From assembly GCA_038061925.1 (NCBI GenBank), contig JBBTYD010000005.1:13477-77476 (forward strand): DNA of 64,000 nucleotides. The letters run 5' to 3'. Numbering within the stretch: the stretch's first letter is position 1; each line of letters starts with the position of its first letter. Of this stretch, positions 28,232 to 36,039 are shown in pieces. Under the pieces are notes generated by a model. It did no database searches. It was not told the DNA's origin and was given only the letters and a program-made list of their open reading frames with translations. The translations under genes and the position numbers were made by a program. This DNA is from Patescibacteria group bacterium. Lineage in GTDB: Bacteria > Patescibacteriota > Minisyncoccia > Phycocordibacterales > UBA9973.

Positions 28232-28723
28232 TTATGGAAAGGGTGATGTAATTTTATTTGTATTTGAACCAGAATTAGGTACTTGGAATGGAGCAACTGT
28301 AGGCGGAGTTGAAGTGGTTGGAGTGGAAAGAAGCGGTTCAATATCACTCCTAAGCAAGTCTGGATTTATTGTAAAAAGAAGCGCATAAGCACCAAGGGCG
28401 ATAAGAAGTCCCAAGATTGCCCCCATAATCCTTTTTTTGCCAGCTTCTTTATTCCCCGGTAATTCGCTTGTCATATATTCTAATCCACCCACCACAATCA
28501 TTACCACCGACAAAACCGCGCATAGGCCGATAAATAGTTTTATCATTGGGTTCAAATAAGCGCCTAGGCCACTCATGGTATCAACATTGCCTTGGCTATC
28601 GCCAACAGCAGGCAGTGGAGCCAAAAGATGATAGTTTGAAGTTTCCGCGTTTATTTCCAACATTGGACCAAAAAGTCCGATTAGAATGATGATTATTAAA
28701 ATATATTTTTTGTATTTCATCAT
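28232..28723 (-). CDS. VirB2/TrbC-like type IV secretion pilin candidate
   Basis: A signal peptide is followed by two hydrophobic helices (MIKLFIGLCAVLSVVMIVVGGLEYM and IMGAILGLLIALGAYALLF) separated by a short charged loop. This is the VirB2/TrbC topology. A P/T-rich tail follows. Confidence 0.4.
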   Translation of the reverse strand: MMKYKKYILIIIILIGLFGPMLEINAETSNYHLLAPLPAVGDSQGNVDTMSGLGAYLNPMIKLFIGLCAVLSVVMIVVGGLEYMTSELPGNKEAGKKRIMGAILGLLIALGAYALLFTINPDLLRSDIEPLLSTPTTSTPPTVAPFQVPNSGSNTNKITSPFP

Positions 28724-28731
28724 ATATTAAA

Positions 28732-29727
28732 TTAAAATTCTATGTTTATTTCTTTGCTTGTCGTCTCAAAAATTTTGTTTTGATTGTCAATCTGCAATTT
28801 TAAGACAGATGTTCCGGAAGCTCCCTCTGGCGCTTTAAGCGGCATTAAATTTTTTTTAAAGCCCGTTAAATTTACCAAACTGTCGTTAATGAACCAGCTC
28901 CAGATTAAGGTCGGATTTAATATTTCTTTTGGTGAAATAAAATAAGGTATTGCCTCTATTATCTCACTGCCTTGTATTTTATAAGAATTAGTCAGTGTTT
29001 TCTCCCAAATTGTTCCAAAGGAATTGTCGTTTTTATAAAATAATATTTTCGGCTCGGTCATTCCGATGTCGATACTTGCTTGACTTGAATATTTTTGGTC
29101 CACCGTTCTGGCGGTCACTGATATATTATTGGAATTTTCCAAATAGTCATTTGTGAAGATAAAGAAATTTTTACTATAACCTGAATTGTCTTGCGAATTG
29201 GTATAATCTTTCTTCCAGGCATAAATCATATTTTTGGGATCAGCCAGCGTATTGTTATTAGGAGAACCAGTTCTTATTTCCGGCATAGTCACCACTTTTA
29301 CTTCACTATCGGGTGTGGGCAAGGCTTTGCCGCGGTAAAACGGCGGGACATAAGAATCATTCGCTTGCCAAAGCAGTGTCATCACAGAAGGTCTGATTGT
29401 TATTTTTTCGTCTATCGCGCCGTCTGGTAGAGATATTGTGGCTATTACACTTGTTTCTTCACCAGCCGCCGGTGCGGTGGTTAAAAATGACTTTTTACTA
29501 ATTCCAGATAGAACAGTTTTGCCATTTACCGACCAAGATATTAAAACACTATCCAAGTTATAGACATAACTTTTTAAATTAATAGTTGTATTTTCGTATG
29601 GAGCTGGATTGGGAGGAACTATATTTACCAATATACTGTTGGACGAGTCCGCATTTACCTTTAGCGCGAGACTTCCGAATATCAGAACTATTATGATTAA
29701 ATATAACGATAAGAATTTAAATCTCAT
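28732..29727 (-). CDS. Secreted hypothetical protein (signal peptide), part of the T4SS-like cluster
   Basis: N-terminal signal peptide with ...LKVNA|DSS. Beta-rich with no recognisable enzymatic motif. Confidence 0.4.
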   Translation of the reverse strand: MRFKFLSLYLIIIVLIFGSLALKVNADSSNSILVNIVPPNPAPYENTTINLKSYVYNLDSVLISWSVNGKTVLSGISKKSFLTTAPAAGEETSVIATISLPDGAIDEKITIRPSVMTLLWQANDSYVPPFYRGKALPTPDSEVKVVTMPEIRTGSPNNNTLADPKNMIYAWKKDYTNSQDNSGYSKNFFIFTNDYLENSNNISVTARTVDQKYSSQASIDIGMTEPKILFYKNDNSFGTIWEKTLTNSYKIQGSEIIEAIPYFISPKEILNPTLIWSWFINDSLVNLTGFKKNLMPLKAPEGASGTSVLKLQIDNQNKIFETTSKEINIEF

Positions 29728-29778
29728 AGTTTAATTGTACCATATCCGCTTTATAAACTTACCAATTTTTTTTGTTTT

Positions 29779-31641
29779 TCACTTTGCGACTATTTCTCCT
29801 GCCTCTTGCTCTTCTTTTGCTTTTCTGTTTGATAGTATTTGGGAAGGATCGCTAGTGATAATTTGGTCTTCGGTATACGAAGAAATAATTTTTATGGCAA
29901 CATGTTTTAATCCTGCAAAGAATATGCCCTCCCCCACACTTGATTCTAAAAGAAGATATTTTTCTTCATCCGTAAGATTGAAAGTTTTTTGCAAGATATC
30001 AATTGTCGTGGGTGATTGTTTCAGCAAGAGCTGGATAGAAGAGTTCGTGATTATTGGCACACCATAGGGAGATTTCATAAAATCTGCCGCGTCTTGAGTG
30101 ATCGTGGAAAGACCTAAATAATATTTTCTGCTTCTTTTGGCGATCGAATAGAGAAAAGAAGCGGTATCTTCAGATTTCATCATCCACCAAGCTTCGTCGA
30201 TAACTAGTAAGCGTTTTTTCAAGTTTTTGCGTATCGCGTTCCATATATAATGCATAATTATATACATGGCGATCGGTTTAAGTTCATCTTCCATATCCCG
30301 AACAGAAAAAACAACAAACTTTTTATTTATATCCACGTTACTTGGTCTGTTTAAAAATGTTGCCCAAGAACCCCTGGTGTATTTTACCAATCTCTGCACG
30401 ACGGAATCGCTTCCATCCATTCCCGAGAGCACCATTTCAAAATCTGAAAGCAGAGGAGGCTCAATATTTGAAAAGTCTGATTCCGGAGTGATGTCTTTCA
30501 TGGCATAAGTTTCGGAAATGGCTCGATCAACCATCGAATCTTCTTCAGGGGTGAGTCCTCCCAACATCAATCGGAAAAGTCCGACCAGATTAATGATGTT
30601 TGAACGCAAAACATCTTCGGCTGTTTCATCTTCGCGCGGGATTGGCAAATCAAAAGGGTTTATATGATGGTCGGAAGAAAGAGAAATATTAAAATATCGT
30701 CCACCCACTGCACCCGCCAAGAATTCATATTCTCGTTCCGGGTCTATGACTATCACATCAACCTCAAACATTAAAGATCTTAAAATTTCCAATTTTGTCG
30801 CATAAGATTTTCCAGAGCCTGATTTGGCAAAAGTTACCGAGTTGTAATTTTCTAGAGAAAATCTGTCAAAGATAACCAAGCTTGAATTATGTCTATTGAT
30901 GCCATAAAGCACGCCTTTATTATCGGTCAAGTCGAAAGAGATGAACGGAAAAACACTGGAAAGTGGTTCGGAGTTTAATTTTTGATGAATATTCAGCAAA
31001 TCATTATTTGTCGGGATGACACTTTTAAAACCAGCTTCTTGTTGGAAAAGCGCTGGTTTGATGTAGATTAGTTTTGATTCAAGCATCGATTTTATTTCAT
31101 TTTCAATTTTAAAAAGCTCTAAATCATTATCAGCATAAATTGTGATATAAATACCCACATCAAACATTTTTTCCTGCGCTTGAATTAGACTGTCGCGTAA
31201 CCCCTCGAGATCTTGATAAGCAGTGTCCAGCACCGGGTCGCGCACCATACCTTTGGTTGCGCGCGCGCTTATTTGACTTTGCACTTCCGCAACTTTTTTC
31301 TGGAATTGTCGCAATATCAGCGAGGTGTCTATCGGGTGAATAAAGATTGAAATATCAAAAACTTTATCCAAATTGATTATCGGGGAAAACCAATTGTCCG
31401 TTAAAAATCTAGGGTAAGATATTATGAAAAACGTGCGGGCGATTTTATCGCCTAGGTTTAAGGATTTTGACTCAATTTTGAGCGCCGATGGCGCAATGAC
31501 ATCTTGGAGTTCCAGACTGGCTGACTCGTATATTTCTTCTGGCGTTATCGCCAAAATGGAAGCTTGCGTCTCATTAGGATAAGCGTTTTCCTTATTTGAC
31601 TGCGTATTTTTTTTTCCAAATAATTTATTTAAAATTCCCAT
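29779..31641 (-). CDS. VirB4/TraE/TrsE-family type IV secretion ATPase
   Basis: VirB4 N-domain pattern (LGDKIARTFFIISYPRFLTDNWFSPIINLDKVFDISIFIHPID), Walker A FAKSGSGKSY, Walker B region VIVIDPEREY and a C-terminal conserved block. Confidence 0.8.
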   Translation of the reverse strand: MGILNKLFGKKNTQSNKENAYPNETQASILAITPEEIYESASLELQDVIAPSALKIESKSLNLGDKIARTFFIISYPRFLTDNWFSPIINLDKVFDISIFIHPIDTSLILRQFQKKVAEVQSQISARATKGMVRDPVLDTAYQDLEGLRDSLIQAQEKMFDVGIYITIYADNDLELFKIENEIKSMLESKLIYIKPALFQQEAGFKSVIPTNNDLLNIHQKLNSEPLSSVFPFISFDLTDNKGVLYGINRHNSSLVIFDRFSLENYNSVTFAKSGSGKSYATKLEILRSLMFEVDVIVIDPEREYEFLAGAVGGRYFNISLSSDHHINPFDLPIPREDETAEDVLRSNIINLVGLFRLMLGGLTPEEDSMVDRAISETYAMKDITPESDFSNIEPPLLSDFEMVLSGMDGSDSVVQRLVKYTRGSWATFLNRPSNVDINKKFVVFSVRDMEDELKPIAMYIIMHYIWNAIRKNLKKRLLVIDEAWWMMKSEDTASFLYSIAKRSRKYYLGLSTITQDAADFMKSPYGVPIITNSSIQLLLKQSPTTIDILQKTFNLTDEEKYLLLESSVGEGIFFAGLKHVAIKIISSYTEDQIITSDPSQILSNRKAKEEQEAGEIVAK

Positions 31642-31645
31642 AATA

Positions 31646-32296
31646 TTATTCCAATTTTATCTTTCCTTCCACTTCTCCCGGATTGAAAACTTTATAAAAT
31701 ACTTCCACAATCTCTTCGGTGCCCAATTGAGCTGATTTTATGCCACAGCGACTAAGTCCTTGTTGAATTACGCTCACTCTTTCTTCCAGTTGAGATCTCT
31801 TTTCCTCAAAGTCTTCTTGATTGGCTATCTTTGCCTCGGCTTTATTTTTTCTCTTGAATAAATTTTTGAATATCCCGGGAAATATCCCGGAATCTGATTT
31901 TAAAACAGTATGGGTATAAGGAACCACGACAAAAAAGCTTTTTGTCATTATACTCACTGACTCGGTAAAATTCCTAATAAATTCTATATATTCTTTTGTC
32001 TGTAATTTAAGCAAAGGTTCGTTTTGCACTTTGGCTCTATCTTCTAAAAGCAAAATATAAGGTCGGATGTCGAGCCTTCTACTTTGCACTGATATTTGAA
32101 TAGTAAAATCCAAAGTATTGAGAAAACTTTGGAATTGAAGAATAGTCGCTTTTTGTTCATCGTCGGACTTTAAAGACAGGTTGACTGAGTTGGCGAGCAC
32201 GATTGCTCGCAATCCGCCGTCTTTCAGCACGATTACTCCATCGCGAACCTCCTTGATGGGAACAAATTCTTGAGTTGCTTTTGCGTTTAATGCCAT
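31646..32296 (-). CDS. Detached VirB4-N-terminal-like protein (216 aa) immediately upstream of the VirB4 ATPase gene
   Basis: ATQEFVPIKEVRDGVIVLKDGGLRAIVLANSVNLSLKSDDEQ resembles the extreme N-terminal segment of long Gram-positive VirB4/TrsE proteins. Its stop lies 4 nt before the ATG of the 620-aa VirB4 ORF. Confidence 0.45.
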   Translation of the reverse strand: MALNAKATQEFVPIKEVRDGVIVLKDGGLRAIVLANSVNLSLKSDDEQKATILQFQSFLNTLDFTIQISVQSRRLDIRPYILLLEDRAKVQNEPLLKLQTKEYIEFIRNFTESVSIMTKSFFVVVPYTHTVLKSDSGIFPGIFKNLFKRKNKAEAKIANQEDFEEKRSQLEERVSVIQQGLSRCGIKSAQLGTEEIVEVFYKVFNPGEVEGKIKLE

Positions 32297-32307
32297 ATTA
32301 TTTGATA

Positions 32308-32739
32308 TTATTTACCGTCCATGTGCTTGTTTAAATCTAATATGTCCAAGCTCCAAGCCAGATCCCGCAACTTATTTCCGCCCAGCCTGGCTTGATTTTC
32401 CAGCATTTCTCTTTTATTGTTTTCATTTGAAATTTTTAATTCTTCATTTTTGATTGTATTTTTGCGTCTTTTCCAAATATAAAGCTTGCTCTGTAAAATG
32501 TAATTAAATCCCGCTTCAATCATATTGATAAAAGGTTTATTATTTGGTCGATAACGAGCCAGGGCTATCGCCATACCCGCCACCGCTAAAATTGGGATCG
32601 CGCCAAAGAAGAGTCCTAGCAGTTTATAAAGTACAAAGCATAAGCCGGCTCCACCCGCCAAATAGACAAACTCTTTGAAAGTGAATGGGCCAAAAATTTT
32701 GTCTTCTATATCTAAAAATTGTGGTACTTTGAATTGCAT
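32308..32739 (-). CDS. PrgI/VirB3-like small membrane protein
   Basis: MQFKVPQFLDIEDKIFGPFTFKEFVYLAGG with two TM helices. It sits directly upstream of VirB4, as PrgI/VirB3 does. Confidence 0.45.
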   Translation of the reverse strand: MQFKVPQFLDIEDKIFGPFTFKEFVYLAGGAGLCFVLYKLLGLFFGAIPILAVAGMAIALARYRPNNKPFINMIEAGFNYILQSKLYIWKRRKNTIKNEELKISNENNKREMLENQARLGGNKLRDLAWSLDILDLNKHMDGK

Positions 32740-32751
32740 ATTTATTATTTT

Positions 32752-33426
32752 TTACTCGTCTGGTGATAGACGATACGGATCTCTCTTGGGCGGGTAGGAA
32801 GATGGCGGGGTTGTTTTTGTGATATTTTCCAGAGAATGTTCTGTTTTGACTATCGGAATTTGAACAGAAGCGGATAATTTTTGCGTTAAAATGGTGTCTG
32901 GTTTTTCTATTTTTTTTAGCATTTCTTCTCTACTTACATCAAAAGGAACACCGGCTGGCATAATTTCTGGAAACAGTTCTCTCTTCTCAACAATCTCAAT
33001 GCCGGCTTTATTTAGAATAGCTAGATCGCTTTTTGTTTGGGTGGCGGAATCCTCTTTAGGTGTTTGGATGTCTGAATCTCTTTGAAATATTTTTTTTCTT
33101 TCAATATTTTTAACTAATTCTTCTCGTATCTTTTTAAAAACCAGATCATTCATTTCATTTATTAATTCATTTACCGCTACTCCGGAAATTTTCATCCGTT
33201 TTTCTAATTCCCCTGGATAATTTTCTGGGCTAACAAGCCCAGAGAGCAATAACTCCGTTTCAAGCTCGAGGTCGCCTAATTGCTCAAAGGTATATCCCTT
33301 TTTTTCTCGCAGTCCCAAGATAGCCATTTTCCAATCAACCGCGTCAATCGCATTAACGGTTTCCAGCGAAAGTCCCCTTTTTGCTTTTTCTATTTTTATT
33401 TTTAACGAATCTACTGTATCATCCAT
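32752..33426 (-). CDS. Acidic hypothetical protein, paralogous to the next ORF
   Basis: Shares the block AI..(V/F)DW..MA...G.......E...(L/F)..ET.L.L.GL......L.......A.KI.GEVN..IF with ORF 33436-33924. Confidence 0.4.
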   Translation of the reverse strand: MDDTVDSLKIKIEKAKRGLSLETVNAIDAVDWKMAILGLREKKGYTFEQLGDLELETELLLSGLVSPENYPGELEKRMKISGVAVNELINEMNDLVFKKIREELVKNIERKKIFQRDSDIQTPKEDSATQTKSDLAILNKAGIEIVEKRELFPEIMPAGVPFDVSREEMLKKIEKPDTILTQKLSASVQIPIVKTEHSLENITKTTPPSSYPPKRDPYRLSPDE

Positions 33427-33435
33427 AATTTTTAA

Positions 33436-33924
33436 TTATATTACTAAATTGTCTTTTATGCTTTTGGGAGTTGGTAAATTCGTGGACGTTTCTGAGGTTT
33501 CGAATGGTTGATTCTCGCTTTCTTCTATAAAAGCGGAGTAATTTCCACCCGAAAGAATGAAATTAAGCGTTTGTTCCGGGCTTGGATTTTTATTTTTTAG
33601 ATTTTTCTTAATATTTTCTTCTATAAGGTTGCTTATTGGAGTAAATATTTTTTGATTAACTTCTCCAGTAATTTTAATTGCTTCGTCCTTACTGGTTCCC
33701 ACATTATTTTCTATATTTAGCGCGTATAAATTTCCATCTTCTAGACCTACTAGAACTAGCAGAGTTTCCACTTGAAAATCATTTATTTCACTTTCCGAAA
33801 GTAAATATTTTTTTCCTATCTCTTCCGCCATACTTCCCCAATCAAAAGTATTGATTGCCTCTTGCGTTTCTTTGGGCAATTTCAGCACTTCTTCTTTAAT
33901 TGTTTGTTGCAATTTTTCGGTCAT
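33436..33924 (-). CDS. Acidic hypothetical protein (paralog of 32752-33426)
   Basis: Same conserved block as the neighbouring ORF (FDW...ETLLVLVGLEDG...KITGEVNQKIF). No signal peptide. Confidence 0.4.
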   Translation of the reverse strand: MTEKLQQTIKEEVLKLPKETQEAINTFDWGSMAEEIGKKYLLSESEINDFQVETLLVLVGLEDGNLYALNIENNVGTSKDEAIKITGEVNQKIFTPISNLIEENIKKNLKNKNPSPEQTLNFILSGGNYSAFIEESENQPFETSETSTNLPTPKSIKDNLVI

Positions 33925-33936
33925 ATTTTTTAATTT

Positions 33937-36024
33937 TTAATGTCTTTCTTCTTTTGTTCCACTATCTAATTTTGCCTCCATTCTTATTTTTTGAGATGCT
34001 TCTCTTCTTTCTCTAGCGCCGAAACTATAATTATAACTTTTTCCTTTAAATTTAAATCCAATTTTACCCCCCTTTTCTATTCTTTCAGCATAAGCCCATT
34101 TTCTTTCCCTATTTTCTTTTACCACTTCATTTTTCGTATATGGAATTACCTCATTTTGCATTTCCTTTATAGTTTTTCCATTATTTACACCCCCTACTAC
34201 TGTTATTCCCGTTACTCCTGTTTTAATCTTATTTTTTTCGTCGTTTAGTGCTTTAATTTTAGCTATTGCTGTTGCTTCTTCTGGTGAACCGGATTTAGTA
34301 TCGAGTTTTTCTTGCCTTGCGCCGATTAAGTCTTTGTCTATTCTTTCAAAATCTTTTGCAACTTTATTTAATAATCCTTGCAAGTCTTGTTCTGCAGTGT
34401 TTACTGCTTGTTTTAACGGCTCATCCTCTCTCACCTCAAGCTCTTTGGCTCTCGCTTGTCGCTTTTTAACTTTATCAGCTCTGGCCTTTTCATATCCGCC
34501 TTCTTTAACTCCTAATCCAATTGCTTTTGATGATTCCAAGTTTAATCCACCCGCTTTAGCCAAAGCTCCAACGCCTTTTATGTTTCTCATGTCAAAAGAA
34601 GCCTTGGAACCATAATCTGCCGTTCTAAGAGCCATTCTGCCGGCAATTCCTTTTAATCCAGTTTCTTTTGCCGCATCCTGTAATCCCTTGCTACTTGCCG
34701 CCTTGGAGGCTAATCCTCCAATTCCAGAGGTCAAAGCTAATGCCGTTCCACCTGTTGCCGCGCCCAAGGCGAGACCTCCCGCCATCTTTGCGCCCTTCAT
34801 TATCATCTCTCCAAACTGACCCCCTCCCTTTTTGGCGAACTCAGTTGCCTTAAGAAGTAGAGCCATTATTACTATTGCCGGTATTAAGATACCCAAAATA
34901 GTCCCTAATATTGTTTCTGTATTTCCTCTGCTAAAGCTGGATATGTGTGGCAATATTTTAAATATTAGAAAGATAAAGAACATAAAAATCGACGCCATAA
35001 ATGACGTTGAAATTAAACGCTTAAACCAAGCATCCCATCCCAAATATTCGACACCGGCCAGTTTTGGCACAGTCCAGGACATAAAAGCAAAAGGAGAGAA
35101 TATAATTAATACCCACAGCTCAATCAATCTTCCTATAAACATAAGGCCGGCGATAAAAAACGCGTAAGCGGCCCAAAGCATAATTGCTCCGGCAATTATC
35201 ATTATTCCAAGTGTTAAGGAAAAAGGAAGCCGGTCCTCTTTTACAGTTTTACCTTCAATTGTTGTTGTTTTTAGCAGTTTTATAGTTTCTAACGTCATTA
35301 ATTTAGTGGCATCAAAATTTTTCCACATCGCGCCAGCTATATCTTTTCCATCTTTGAGTGCTGGATCTTTTGGCCTAGATGTTCCATCTGCATTTTTTGT
35401 GTTGACATCCAGGTTATTATAAAAAATTAACGCTAAGATGTTGGAAGAATCAATTACCACCTTAGTAAAAAACATAGAAAAGTTTATGAGCAAAGCTATA
35501 ATTACCACTCGAACTATTATTTTTTTTGTCTCGTGGCCCAGTCCCAAAATTGTTTGAATGGCTACATAAAGCAAAATAAGTATAAAGAAAATATTAGAAA
35601 AATCACGAACGACTCCCCAAGCGGCGGGAATAAAATCTGAGGCGCTTGTCACAGAGCTGTCTATTCCAAGATCGATCATAACATCAAAAAACTGCGCTGA
35701 TAGCCAAAGCACCCAACTAGGAAGCTGAAAAGTAGTGTAATAAAAAACCAATAACAAGCATCCATTAAACCAAGTCCAAGGCGATACACCGCAACCATCA
35801 ATAATCTCCTTTTTAAAGGGATCATTTCCCAAGGTGGCGGCAGCGGATGCCGCCTCTTTTTCTGCCGCCGCTTTATCCGCCACTTTATCCGCCGCTTTTT
35901 GTTCTGTTGTTCTTGTGTCTACTCCATATCCTATCTGCGCATTCACTCTTAACATCGGACTAAAAAGCCCGACCAAGATAATCAGTATCAAGAAATATGG
36001 AATTATTTTTTTTATTTTTTTCAT
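33937..36024 (-). CDS. VirB6/TrbL-like polytopic membrane protein with a long Gly/Ala-rich, coiled-coil C-terminal region
   Basis: Signal peptide, a large extracytoplasmic loop, at least 6 TM helices, then G/A-rich repeats and a charged coiled coil. Confidence 0.45.
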   Translation of the reverse strand: MKKIKKIIPYFLILIILVGLFSPMLRVNAQIGYGVDTRTTEQKAADKVADKAAAEKEAASAAATLGNDPFKKEIIDGCGVSPWTWFNGCLLLVFYYTTFQLPSWVLWLSAQFFDVMIDLGIDSSVTSASDFIPAAWGVVRDFSNIFFILILLYVAIQTILGLGHETKKIIVRVVIIALLINFSMFFTKVVIDSSNILALIFYNNLDVNTKNADGTSRPKDPALKDGKDIAGAMWKNFDATKLMTLETIKLLKTTTIEGKTVKEDRLPFSLTLGIMIIAGAIMLWAAYAFFIAGLMFIGRLIELWVLIIFSPFAFMSWTVPKLAGVEYLGWDAWFKRLISTSFMASIFMFFIFLIFKILPHISSFSRGNTETILGTILGILIPAIVIMALLLKATEFAKKGGGQFGEMIMKGAKMAGGLALGAATGGTALALTSGIGGLASKAASSKGLQDAAKETGLKGIAGRMALRTADYGSKASFDMRNIKGVGALAKAGGLNLESSKAIGLGVKEGGYEKARADKVKKRQARAKELEVREDEPLKQAVNTAEQDLQGLLNKVAKDFERIDKDLIGARQEKLDTKSGSPEEATAIAKIKALNDEKNKIKTGVTGITVVGGVNNGKTIKEMQNEVIPYTKNEVVKENRERKWAYAERIEKGGKIGFKFKGKSYNYSFGARERREASQKIRMEAKLDSGTKEERH

Positions 36025-36039
36025 TGATAATTAATATCC

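Noticed and set aside
27799-28251. 150-aa plus-strand ORF
   Set aside because: It is antisense to the 448-aa membrane-anchored protein gene and G/V-rich from the reverse complement of a P/T-rich linker. It is spurious. The same applies to other antisense ORFs inside polA, the RHS gene, fusA and the VirB6-like gene.
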